Source: Acidimicrobiia bacterium
Lineage (GTDB): Bacteria; Actinomycetota; Acidimicrobiia; IMCC26256; JAMXLJ01
NCBI GenBank assembly: GCA_035651955.1
Contig: DASRES010000046.1
Span: 6,174 to 70,173, forward strand
Length of the DNA stretch: 64,000 nucleotides
Reading direction: 5' to 3'
Shown here: piece after piece, positions 30,786-41,378 of the stretch
Layout of the letters: every line of letters begins with the position of its first letter
How positions within the stretch are numbered: position 1 is the first letter of the stretch
The notes under the pieces: model-generated
What the model was told of the DNA's origin: nothing
The model's input: the letters and a program-made list of their open reading frames with translations, nothing else
Database searches by the model: none
Program-made: the position numbers and the translations under genes

Positions 30786-33170
30786 GTGACCGCGTCGCCG
30801 GCTCCCGTCGCCTCGCGGCCCGGCGGGGATCCCTCGTTCGTCACCGGTCCGGACGGCCTGTCCGACGACGACGTCGCCGCGCGGATCGCGCGTGGCGAGG
30901 TCAACGACACCGGCGAGCGGTCGAGCCGCAGCCTCGAGGAGATCGTCCGCGCCAACGTCTTCACGCGCTTCAACGCGCTTCTCGGCGCGCTCCTCGTCGT
31001 CATCCTGGTCGTCGGGCCGCTGCAGGACGCGCTGTTCGGCATCGTCCTCGTGACGAACACCCTCATCGGCATCGTCCAGGAGGTGCGGGCGAAGCGCACG
31101 CTCGACCGTCTCGCCGTCTTGAGCGCGCCGCGCGCGCGAGTCGTGCGCGCGGGGCGCGCGAGCGACATCGCGGTCGAGCAGGTCGTCCTCGACGATCTCC
31201 TGCAGCTCCGCACCGGCGACCAGGTGCCCGCGGACGGTGTCGTGCGCGCGTCCGACGGTCTCGAGCTCGACGAGTCGCTCCTCACCGGCGAGTCGGACCC
31301 GGTCACCAAGCGCGACGGCGACGGGGTGCTGTCGGGCAGCTTCGTCGTCGCCGGCGCGGGCGACGTCCAGGCGACGCGCATCGGCGCCGACGCGTACGCG
31401 CGCAAGCTCGCGGCCGAGGCGCGTCGGTTCACGCTCGTGCGCTCCGAGCTGATGGACGCCATCAACCTCATCCTGAAGTGGGTGACGTGGGCGATCGTCC
31501 CGACCGCCGCGATCCTGGCGCTGAGCCAGTTCAAGGCGAACGACGGATGGCGCGCGGCGCTGAGCGGTACCGTCGCCGGCGTCGTCGGCATGGTCCCGGA
31601 GGGGCTCGTCCTCCTGACGAGCATCGCGTTCGCGGTCGCGGCGGTGACGCTGGCGCGGCGCCGCGTCCTCGTGCAGGAGCTGCCGGCGGTCGAGGGTCTC
31701 GCGCGCGTCGACGTCGTCTGCCTCGACAAGACCGGCACGCTCACCGAGGGCGACGTCGTGTTCGACCGGCTCGAGCCGTTGACCGGCGCCGACGGCGACG
31801 TCACGGGCGCCGCGCTGGGTGCGCTGGCCGACGACCCGAACCGCAACGCGACGCTCGGTGCCGTCGCGGACGCGTTCCCCGCGCCGGACGGCTGGACGCG
31901 CACCGGTGGGATCCCGTTCTCCTCCGCGCGCAAGTGGAGCGCGGCGAGCTTCGACGGGCACGGCTCGTGGGTCATCGGCGCACCCGAGATGGTCCTCGCC
32001 CACGCACCGCACGACGATCCCGCCCGCGTGCGAGCCGACCAGCTCGCGTCCGACGGACGGCGTGTCCTGCTGCTCGCGCGGTCCGATGCCGCGCTGACGG
32101 GCGAGCAGCTGCCCGCGCCGTTGCAGGCCGTCGCGCTCGTGCTCCTCGCGGAGCAGATCCGGCCCGACGCCGCCGAGACGCTCCGTTACTTCGCCGACCA
32201 GGGCGTCCTGCTCAAGGTCATCTCCGGTGACAACCCGCGCACGGTCGGTGCCGTCGCGCAGCGTGTCGGGCTCCCGGGGGCCGACGAGCCGTACGACGCG
32301 CGCCGTCTCCCCGAGGAGACCGACGCGCTCGCCGGCGTGCTCGACACACACACCGTGTTCGGGCGGGTCACGCCCCATCAGAAGCGAGCGATGGTCGGCG
32401 CGTTGCAGTCCCACGGTCACGTGGTCGCGATGACCGGCGACGGCGTGAACGACGCGCTGGCGCTCAAGGACGCGGACATCGGCATCGCGATGGGCTCGGG
32501 CGCGGCTGCGACGCGATCGGTCGCGCAGCTCGTCCTCCTCGACGGGCGGTTCGCGACGCTGCCCGGCGTCGTCGCCGAGGGCCGGCGCGTCATCGCGAAC
32601 ATCGAGCGCGTCGCGAACCTGTTCATCACGAAGACGGTGTACGCGATGCTGCTCGCGCTGGCGATCGGCGTCGCGCGCTGGCCGTTCCCGTTCCTGCCCC
32701 GGCATCTCACCGTCGTGAGCTCGCTCACGATCGGCATCCCGGCGTTCTTCCTGTCGCTCGCACCGAATCCGCGGCGGTACGTCCCGGGGTTCATCGACCG
32801 TGTGCTGCGCTTCGCCGTGCCTGCCGGGACGCTCGCCGCGATCGCGACGTTCGCGGCCTACTGGGTGGCGCGCGCCTCGGGCGTCCCCCTCGTGGAGGCG
32901 CGCACGACCGCGACGGTCGTGCTGATGACCTACGCCTTGTGGGTGCTGTTCGTGCTCGCGCGCCCGGTCAACTGGTGGCGCGCGCTGCTGCTGGGCGCGA
33001 TGGTCCTCGCCTTCGTCGTCGCGGTCGCCGTGCCCGGCCTGCAGGACTTCTACGCGCTCCACCTTCCTTCGGCCGACGTGGTCGTAGAGGGCGTCGCCAT
33101 CGCGGCGGTCGCCGCGGCCGCGCTCGAGATCGCGCTCCGCTTCACCCGCCGCCCAGAGATGCGGCACTGA
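30786..33170 (+). CDS. cation-transporting P-type ATPase (PEGL-type, CtpE-like)
   Basis: 794 aa. TGES, MVPEGL, DKTGTLT and MTGDGVNDALALKDADIGIAMG. Confidence 0.9.
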   Translation: MTASPAPVASRPGGDPSFVTGPDGLSDDDVAARIARGEVNDTGERSSRSLEEIVRANVFTRFNALLGALLVVILVVGPLQDALFGIVLVTNTLIGIVQEVRAKRTLDRLAVLSAPRARVVRAGRASDIAVEQVVLDDLLQLRTGDQVPADGVVRASDGLELDESLLTGESDPVTKRDGDGVLSGSFVVAGAGDVQATRIGADAYARKLAAEARRFTLVRSELMDAINLILKWVTWAIVPTAAILALSQFKANDGWRAALSGTVAGVVGMVPEGLVLLTSIAFAVAAVTLARRRVLVQELPAVEGLARVDVVCLDKTGTLTEGDVVFDRLEPLTGADGDVTGAALGALADDPNRNATLGAVADAFPAPDGWTRTGGIPFSSARKWSAASFDGHGSWVIGAPEMVLAHAPHDDPARVRADQLASDGRRVLLLARSDAALTGEQLPAPLQAVALVLLAEQIRPDAAETLRYFADQGVLLKVISGDNPRTVGAVAQRVGLPGADEPYDARRLPEETDALAGVLDTHTVFGRVTPHQKRAMVGALQSHGHVVAMTGDGVNDALALKDADIGIAMGSGAAATRSVAQLVLLDGRFATLPGVVAEGRRVIANIERVANLFITKTVYAMLLALAIGVARWPFPFLPRHLTVVSSLTIGIPAFFLSLAPNPRRYVPGFIDRVLRFAVPAGTLAAIATFAAYWVARASGVPLVEARTTATVVLMTYALWVLFVLARPVNWWRALLLGAMVLAFVVAVAVPGLQDFYALHLPSADVVVEGVAIAAVAAAALEIALRFTRRPEMRH

Positions 33171-33198
33171 CGTTCGGTTTCCGACGGTCAGTGCCGCA
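33158..33198. terminator. hairpin between convergent ATPase and ackA
   Basis: 13-bp perfect arms ATGCGGCACTGAC / GTCAGTGCCGCAT. Overlaps the ATPase stop codon. Confidence 0.45.
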
Positions 33199-33201
33199 TG
33201 T

Positions 33202-34404
33202 TCAGGCGGTGGTGAGCACGCGGAGGGTGTCGCGTGCGACGACCGTGGCCTCGTCGACGTGGACGACCCACGCCGCGATCGCGGACCCGTCGGTCGAGAT
33301 GCGTGCCTCGCGGCCGCCGACGGCGGTGTCGTTGGCCCGCGGGTCGACCTCGATGCCGCACCACTGCATGCCGTCGAGGATGCGCGCGCGGACCTCGGGC
33401 GAGTGCTCGCCGATCCCGCCGCCGAACACGACCGCTTCCGCGCCGCCGAGCGCGGCGAGGTAGCCGCCGACGTAGCGGCGGGCGCGGTAGCAGAACATCT
33501 CGACGGCGAGCGTGGCGCGTGCGTCGCCGTCGTGCGCGGCGTCGAGGACGTCGCGCATGTCGCGTGACCGTCCCGAGAGCCCGAGCAGTCCCGAGCGCGT
33601 GTTGAGCCACCCGTCGGCGGTGTCGACGTCCACGTTCTCCATGCGGGCGAGGTAGCCGGCCAGGCTCGGGTCGACGTCACCGGAGCGCGTCCCCATCACG
33701 AGCCCTTCGAGCGGGGTCAGACCCATCGACGTGTCGATCGAGCGGCCGTGGTCGACGGCCGCCGCCGAGCAACCGTTCCCGAGCTGCAGCGCGACGACGC
33801 GCGCGTGTGCCGTGTCGAGTGGCGCGAGCGCGTGCCGCGCGTCGAGCCGGTCGAGCATCGACCGGTGCGCGAGACCGTGGAACCCGTACCGACGCACGTG
33901 GTGACGGCGAGCGAGGTCGGGATCGATGGCGTAGTGCGATGCGCGTGCCGGCATCGACGCGTGGAACGCGGTGTCGAACGCCGCGACCATCGGGACACGG
34001 GTGCCGAGCGCGTCACGCGCACCGCGGATCGCGGCGAGCGCGGGCGCGTTGTGCAACGGCGCGAGCTCCGTCATGGACTCGATGCCGCGCAGTACGTCGT
34101 CATCGATCACGACCGCGTCGACGAACCGGTCGCCACCGTGGACGACGCGGTGCCCGACAGCGTCGACGCCCGTGCCCGCCCCGGCCGTCTCGAGCCAGTC
34201 GAGCGCGACGCGCAGCGCGCGTGCGTGGTCGGGTGCGTCGACTCGCACCTTCGTCGCGGCGCCGTCCGCGACGGCGTCGAGCACCGCGTGCGGTCCGATC
34301 TCCTCGATCTCGCCTGACGCGACCCGCCGGAGCTCCGTGCCGTCGAGGTCGCCGACGTCGAACTTCAGCGACGAGCTCCCGCAGTTGACGACGAGGAACC
34401 GCAC
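33202..34404 (-). CDS. ackA: acetate kinase
   Basis: GTG start VRFLVVNCGSSSLKF...HRVVHGG...APLHNP...FDTAFH...RYGFHG...MGTRSGDVDP. Confidence 0.85.
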   Translation of the reverse strand: MRFLVVNCGSSSLKFDVGDLDGTELRRVASGEIEEIGPHAVLDAVADGAATKVRVDAPDHARALRVALDWLETAGAGTGVDAVGHRVVHGGDRFVDAVVIDDDVLRGIESMTELAPLHNAPALAAIRGARDALGTRVPMVAAFDTAFHASMPARASHYAIDPDLARRHHVRRYGFHGLAHRSMLDRLDARHALAPLDTAHARVVALQLGNGCSAAAVDHGRSIDTSMGLTPLEGLVMGTRSGDVDPSLAGYLARMENVDVDTADGWLNTRSGLLGLSGRSRDMRDVLDAAHDGDARATLAVEMFCYRARRYVGGYLAALGGAEAVVFGGGIGEHSPEVRARILDGMQWCGIEVDPRANDTAVGGREARISTDGSAIAAWVVHVDEATVVARDTLRVLTTA

Positions 34405-34408
34405 GCCG

Positions 34409-36237
<1,829 letters not shown>

Positions 36238-36245
36238 GTGACCCT

Positions 36246-36289
36246 GTTGGTACACAAGTCGCGCCTCTGACCGCGACTTGTGTACCAAC
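36246..36289. repeat. type-A palindromic element, copy 1
   Basis: gTTGGTACACAAGTCGCG-cctctgac-CGCGACTTGTGTACCAAc with 18-bp perfect arms. Lies between the convergent response-regulator and CAP genes. A near-identical copy is at 61275-61318. Confidence 0.75.
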
Positions 36290-36311
36290 TGAGCGCCCGC
36301 GCGGGACGCGC

Positions 36312-36854
36312 TCAGCACGTCAGCGTGCCGCGGTCGGCGCGCGCGATCGGGTCGACGGGCGGCAGCGCGCCGAAGCTCCCCGAGCGCGTCGATCCGAACT
36401 GCTCGGTCGCCCACATCGTGCCGTCGGGTGCGCACACGACCCCGATGCCGACGCGGTCGAGGTTCGGCGCGAGCAGATCGTGGCGGTGACCGTCCGATCG
36501 CATCCACGCGACGTGCATGTCGCCCGCGGTCGTCCCGTGATCACCGGTCCCGATGTTCTCCGCCGCGGCGACGAACCGGCCGAGCAGCGGGTGGATGTCG
36601 CTGTGGCGGAACCCGGACGCGGCCATCGTCCCGCTCCACCGGTACGCGTTCGCGGCGAGCGCGCCGTCCCACGCGAGCGGGCGGAGTCCCCGTGCCGCGC
36701 GCTCGGCGTTCGCGCGCGCCACGAGATCCGCCGCGATCGCGCGCTCGCGCGCGGTGGGCGAGACGTCCGCGGGTACGCCCGTCGTGCGGATGGTGCCGGT
36801 GCACGCCGTCGCGGCCGCGGCGAGCGCGACCGTCAGGCTGAGCGCGGCGAGCAT
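36312..36854 (-). CDS. CAP/SCP/PR-1 domain lipoprotein
   Basis: Starts MLAALSLTVALAAAATAC (signal peptide plus Cys). CAP-like ANAYRWS...GFRHS...AENIG...MHVAWMRSDGHRHDLL. Confidence 0.75.
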   Translation of the reverse strand: MLAALSLTVALAAAATACTGTIRTTGVPADVSPTARERAIAADLVARANAERAARGLRPLAWDGALAANAYRWSGTMAASGFRHSDIHPLLGRFVAAAENIGTGDHGTTAGDMHVAWMRSDGHRHDLLAPNLDRVGIGVVCAPDGTMWATEQFGSTRSGSFGALPPVDPIARADRGTLTC

Positions 36855-36897
36855 CCGGGACACGCCGCGGTATCGGACGGGCGGCGCGGCCGCTTGA

Positions 36898-36941
36898 GCG
36901 GATCGGCGGCGCGGATCGGGCGGATCGGCGGCGCGGATCGG
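36898..36941. repeat. perfect 22-bp tandem repeat x2 (four GCGGATCGG cores)
   Basis: GCGGATCGGCGGCGCGGATCGG occurs twice back to back. Lies between the VanW stop and the CAP-gene start. Confidence 0.75.
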
Positions 36942-36952
36942 CAGCGCGGGAG

Positions 36953-38815
36953 TCAGTCCCCGACGTTCGCGGCCGGCGGCGTCCCTTGCGGCGTGGTGGT
37001 GGTCGTCGTCGGCGTCCCCGGCGCGACGCCGCGGGCGATCTTGGTCGGGAACATGTCGTAGTGCGTGTAATAGCGCTCGCGGACGTCGGGCTGGCCCGGC
37101 CGCGAGATGACGCGGTACACGACGACGTCGTAGCCGGTGTCGCCCTGCTGGATGACGCGTGTCGCGCCCGGCGGCAGCGTCGGGTCGTCGACGTACTCCG
37201 TCGTGACGGGCGTCGTCTTCAGGATGTCGGGGCCCTCGGCGCGGACCGTTCGCCCCTCGGTGTTGCCGTAGAACGACACCGTGATCGACGTCGACGTGTA
37301 CGACGTGCGGATCAGGATCCCCGAGTGCGAGTCGTTCTGGAACTTCAGGTCGATCGCGCCGTAGTTGACGGTCGCCTCGCGCCCCAGCGGGTACCGGCTG
37401 ATGTACACGAGGTGCGCGGCGTGCGTGACGTCCTTGTAACCGCCGAAGAAGATCGCGTTGTACGTCGTCGTCGCGAGCTGGCTCACGCCGCCGCCGTAGT
37501 CCTCGCCGAAGCTGTCCTCGAGCACGATCGGCGCCTTCACGAACCCGCGCTCGGGTGTGCGCGGACCGATCGTGTCGTTCATCGAGAAGATCTGGCCCGG
37601 CTCGACGATCGTGTTGTTCAGGATGTCCGCCGCGCGGTGGATGTTCTCGACGCGTGGCTCGCCCGCGGGGTGATGCGTCGTGAAGGTCGACACGAGCTCG
37701 GTGATGTTCAGCCGCTGCGCCCACGCGGTGTCGTGCGCGGGTTGCACGTCGGCGAGCGTCGCGGTGACGGTCCGCTCGCCGCGGAGGATCGCGTCTCCGA
37801 CCGGTCCCGTCGCGAGGATCCGCCCGGGCTTGGACGGGACCACGCTGACGTGCGTCCCGCTGACGGCGAACGACGCGTCGACGGGTGGCTGCTCGAGCGC
37901 GGCGAGGGGAGGGCCGAGCGCGGCGCGCAGCTTCGTCGCGTCGACGGCGATCGCGACGTGGTGCCGGTGCACGGTCGTCGTGAGCGCGGTGGCGAGCTGT
38001 GGGGGCGTCAGCGTGAACGGGTGGCCGTCGACCACGATCGTCACCGGCGCGGCGAGCACGCGGCGGGCGCGTGCCGCGGCGCGCTCGAGCTCGGCGCGGC
38101 TGGCAGGTGGGTCGACGCGACCGACGGGCAGCGCGATGTCGTGGACGCGGCCGTTGCCCAATGCGTCGAGGAGCGCGGCGCGCGCCGCACTGCGCTGCAT
38201 CCCGTGGCCCGCCTGCGGCGGCGCGACCCGGACGACGGCACCGTCGAACACGACCGCACCCGGGTCGAGCCCACCGGCGGCCTGGACGCTCCAGCCGTCG
38301 AGCACGCCGGCGAGCCGTTGCCCGTCGACGTGGATCACGAGCGGCAGACGGTCGGGCCGGAACCGCCGGGCGATGCTGTCCACGACCTGCGCGCCCACTC
38401 CACCGTCGTGCCCGACCCGCCGCGCGGCGCGCACCGTCGCGTGGTCGTCGACGGTTAGCCCGATCGCGCTCGGGTCGATCGACAGGTGCTGCCCGCCGAC
38501 GACGACCGAGATCGGCCCGGTGCGCACGCGGGCGACGACCGGCGCGATCCGTCGCGCCGCGACCGCGTCGGACGTGCCGCCCACCTTCACGCCCGCGATC
38601 TCGACGTCGTGCGCGACGCGGCCGCGCGCGGCGAGCCGGTCGCCGAGGACGAGCCCGGCCGCGGCGAGGAGGAGCACACCGAGGAGGCTCACCGCGGCCC
38701 ACGTCGCGACGCGCAGCACCGCCGGGCGACGCGCGCGCGCCGACGTCCACCCGTCGGAGGGGACGTCGAGTGGTCCTGTCCGCGTCGGGGAGAGCTGCGG
38801 GCGGTCGACGCTCAA
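36953..38815 (-). CDS. VanW family protein with N-terminal TM anchor and C-terminal Thr/Pro tail
   Basis: VanW core (FSMNDTIGPRT..GF..AP...GGGVSQLATTTYNA...HAAHLVYISRYPLGREATV). TTG start at 38815 is chosen; the start is uncertain. Confidence 0.8.
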   Translation of the reverse strand: MSVDRPQLSPTRTGPLDVPSDGWTSARARRPAVLRVATWAAVSLLGVLLLAAAGLVLGDRLAARGRVAHDVEIAGVKVGGTSDAVAARRIAPVVARVRTGPISVVVGGQHLSIDPSAIGLTVDDHATVRAARRVGHDGGVGAQVVDSIARRFRPDRLPLVIHVDGQRLAGVLDGWSVQAAGGLDPGAVVFDGAVVRVAPPQAGHGMQRSAARAALLDALGNGRVHDIALPVGRVDPPASRAELERAAARARRVLAAPVTIVVDGHPFTLTPPQLATALTTTVHRHHVAIAVDATKLRAALGPPLAALEQPPVDASFAVSGTHVSVVPSKPGRILATGPVGDAILRGERTVTATLADVQPAHDTAWAQRLNITELVSTFTTHHPAGEPRVENIHRAADILNNTIVEPGQIFSMNDTIGPRTPERGFVKAPIVLEDSFGEDYGGGVSQLATTTYNAIFFGGYKDVTHAAHLVYISRYPLGREATVNYGAIDLKFQNDSHSGILIRTSYTSTSITVSFYGNTEGRTVRAEGPDILKTTPVTTEYVDDPTLPPGATRVIQQGDTGYDVVVYRVISRPGQPDVRERYYTHYDMFPTKIARGVAPGTPTTTTTTPQGTPPAANVGD

Positions 38816-38859
38816 CCGGCCCAGGGTAGCGACACCGTTCCCGCGCGCCCGGGCCCCAC

Positions 38860-38889
38860 CTGACCGGCCGGTCAAGACGCCGGTACGAT
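38860..38889 (+). promoter_or_regulatory. putative promoter TGACCG-17 nt-TACGAT overlapped by palindrome cTGACCGGCCGGTCAAg
   Basis: -35-like 38861-38866 and -10-like TANNNT 38884-38889 with a 17-nt spacer, 40 nt upstream of the acyl-CoA dehydrogenase ATG. The palindrome matches the motif at 57617 and 61340. Confidence 0.45.
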
Positions 38890-38928
38890 CATCGGTCGCC
38901 CCGCTCGCTCGCACCACTGGAGACCGCC

Positions 38929-40209
38929 ATGGCCGTCGACGCCCCCGAGCGCACCCCCGAGCAGCTGCGCGAGCAGACCGTCGCGTGGCTGCGCGAGAAC
39001 CTCCCCGCCGGGTGGATGGAGGCCGTCGACGCCGGCGACCACGAGAAGGTGTCGCGCCTGCGCAGGGAGCTCGACTACGACGAGTGGTGCGTGCGCTTCG
39101 GGCGCGCCGGCTACGCGACGCCGACCTGGCCGGCCGAGTACGGCGCGGGGCTGTCACTCACGCCGGGGCAGGCCAAGCACGTCAACGACGTCCTCAACCA
39201 CTACCGGGTCCCGCGGCCGATGAACATCATCGGCATCGGGATGGGTGGCCCGACCGTCCTGACGTGGGGGAGCGAGGAGCTCAAGCAGCGCCTCGTCGCC
39301 AAGATCGCGACGAACGAGGAGATCTGGTGCCAGCTCTTCAGCGAGCCGGGCAACGGATCCGACGTCGCCGGCCTCTCGACCCGCGCCGTGCGCGACGGCG
39401 ACGAGTGGGTCGTGAACGGCCAGAAGGTGTGGACGACGCTCGCCCACCGCGCGAAGTGGGGGATGCTCCTCGCGCGCACGAACCCTGACGTGCCGAAGCA
39501 TCGCGGCCTCAGCTACTTCGTCGTCGACATGCATGCACCCGGGGTGGAGGTCCGGCCGCTCGTCCAGATCACGGGTGACGCGGAGTTCAACGAGGTCTTC
39601 CTCAACGACGTCCGCATCCCGGACTCGATGCGTCTCGGTGGTGAGGGCGACGGGTGGCGCGTCGCGATCACGACGCTGATGAACGAGCGTGTGTCGCTGT
39701 CCGGTGCCGGCTCGGTCAGCGGCGACGCCGTCGGTGGGAGCGCGGTCGACCGTCTGATCGCGCGTCACCACCCGGTCGAGGATCCGGTGATGCGGCAGCG
39801 GCTCGCGCAGGCGTGGATCGAGGGCCAGCTCATCCGCCTGACGAACCAGCGCGCCGCGGCCCGGCGCAAGAGCGGCGCCGAGGCCGGGCCCGAGGGCTCC
39901 GTCACGAAGCTCTTCCAGGCCGAGTACAACAAGCGGCTGCAGAAGCTCGCGGTCGACCTCGAGGGGCCCCGCGGCATCGCCTGGGAAGGGGCCGCCCTGC
40001 GGGGCGAGGGCCGCGTCGGGTGGATGCCGACGGACCGCGACGACGCGGGCAGCGTCGCGGTCGGGTTCCTGCGCGCGCAGGCCAACACCATCGAGGGCGG
40101 TACGTCCGAGATCATGCGCAACATCCTCGGCGAGCGGGTCCTCGGGCTGCCCAAGGAGCCCGACCCGTCGCGCGAGCTGCCCTGGAAGGACGTGCTCAGG
40201 AACGCGTGA
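38929..40209 (+). CDS. acyl-CoA dehydrogenase family protein
   Basis: 426 aa. WCQLFSEPGNGSDVAGLSTRA...DEWVVNGQKVWTTLA...TIEGGTSEIMRNILG. Confidence 0.85.
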   Translation: MAVDAPERTPEQLREQTVAWLRENLPAGWMEAVDAGDHEKVSRLRRELDYDEWCVRFGRAGYATPTWPAEYGAGLSLTPGQAKHVNDVLNHYRVPRPMNIIGIGMGGPTVLTWGSEELKQRLVAKIATNEEIWCQLFSEPGNGSDVAGLSTRAVRDGDEWVVNGQKVWTTLAHRAKWGMLLARTNPDVPKHRGLSYFVVDMHAPGVEVRPLVQITGDAEFNEVFLNDVRIPDSMRLGGEGDGWRVAITTLMNERVSLSGAGSVSGDAVGGSAVDRLIARHHPVEDPVMRQRLAQAWIEGQLIRLTNQRAAARRKSGAEAGPEGSVTKLFQAEYNKRLQKLAVDLEGPRGIAWEGAALRGEGRVGWMPTDRDDAGSVAVGFLRAQANTIEGGTSEIMRNILGERVLGLPKEPDPSRELPWKDVLRNA

Positions 40210-40219
40210 GCGCGCCGGT

Positions 40220-41302
40220 ATGGTCGTACGCCGCGTGGGGCACACAAGACTCGTGACGCGCATCAACCGCGGCGTGGTCACCGTCGTGGCGGTCCTGGCT
40301 CTCGTGCTCGCGGCGTGCTCGAGCGGCGGCAGCGGGAAGTCGGCCAAGGGCGGGTCGGCGAGCTCGACGTCGACGTCGTCGTCCAACAGCGCCGCGCAGG
40401 TTCCCGCCGCGCAGCCGGGGATCCCCGCGATCGTGCAGAAGCTGTCGCCGTCGGTCGTCACGATCATCACCGACCAGGGTCTCGGCAGCGGTGTCGTGTG
40501 GAACGCGGACGGGACGATCGTCACCGACGACCACGTCATCGCGAACGCGAGCCAGCTCACGGTCGCGTTCGCCGACGGCCGCCGCGTGGCGGGTCACGTC
40601 GTCGCCGGTGATCCCGTGACGGACGTCGCGGTCGTCAAGGCGGACCGCACCGGTCTCCCGGCCGCGCAGTTCGAGACGGCGCTGCCCCAGGTCGGCGCGC
40701 TCGCCATCGCGATCGGGAGCCCGCTCGGCTTCCAGAACACGGTCAGCGCGGGCGTCGTCTCGGGATTGCAACGATCGATCCCGGGCTCCGCGCAGCAGAC
40801 ACGCTCGCTCGTCAACCTGATCCAGACGGACGCCGCGATCTCGCCCGGTGACTCCGGCGGCGCGCTGGTCGACGGCAACGGGAAGGTCATCGGCCTCAAC
40901 GAGGCGTACCTGCCGCCGTCGACGGGCGCGGTGTCCATCGGGTTCGCGATCCCGGCGGAGACGGTGTCGGACATCGTCCCGCAGCTGCTGAAGAACGGGA
41001 AGGCGGTGCACCCCTTCTTCGGCGTGCAGATCACCGACCTCACGCCCGACATCGCGCAGCAGTTCGGGCTGAAGGCGTCGCAGGGCGTCGTCGTGCTCGA
41101 CGTCGTCGGGGGCAGCCCCGCCGCGCAGGCCGGCATCCAGGCCGGTGACGTGATCACCCAGGTCGACACCACGCCGGTCAACACGGTCGAGGACTTCATC
41201 GGCGCGCTGCGGCCGCACCAGCCCGGCGACTCCGTCCTCACGACCGTCGTGCGCGGCAGCTCGACGATGCGCATCAAGGTGACGCTCACCGACCAGAGCT
41301 GA
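40220..41302 (+). CDS. HtrA/DegP-type S1C serine protease with PDZ domain (lipoprotein signal)
   Basis: Lipobox LVLAAC. Catalytic triad contexts TDDHVI, DVAVV and GDSGGALVD. C-terminal PDZ (GVVVLDVVGGSPAAQAGIQAGDVI). Confidence 0.85.
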   Translation: MVVRRVGHTRLVTRINRGVVTVVAVLALVLAACSSGGSGKSAKGGSASSTSTSSSNSAAQVPAAQPGIPAIVQKLSPSVVTIITDQGLGSGVVWNADGTIVTDDHVIANASQLTVAFADGRRVAGHVVAGDPVTDVAVVKADRTGLPAAQFETALPQVGALAIAIGSPLGFQNTVSAGVVSGLQRSIPGSAQQTRSLVNLIQTDAAISPGDSGGALVDGNGKVIGLNEAYLPPSTGAVSIGFAIPAETVSDIVPQLLKNGKAVHPFFGVQITDLTPDIAQQFGLKASQGVVVLDVVGGSPAAQAGIQAGDVITQVDTTPVNTVEDFIGALRPHQPGDSVLTTVVRGSSTMRIKVTLTDQS

Positions 41303-41325
41303 GGTCGTCTCGCCCTCGGTTTCGT

Positions 41326-41359
41326 GAAGCGAACCGGCCACATGGTGGCCGCTTCGCTT
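41326..41359. terminator. hairpin between convergent htrA and ABC permease
   Basis: GAAGCGAACCGGCCAC-AT-GTGGCCGCTTCGCTTC; 16-nt arms with one mismatch. Confidence 0.5.
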
Positions 41360-41378
41360 CCCAAAAGCTGGGTGGGAG

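Noticed and set aside
27924-33680. 1918-aa ORF in the track, the longest in the window
   Set aside because: Only the 3' 908 codons (from MARAYPSQWESD at 30650) encode a recognisable protein. The upstream 1010 codons are Arg/Asp/Gly/Pro-rich, run antisense to the well-supported P-type ATPase gene, and are a stop-free artefact of high GC.
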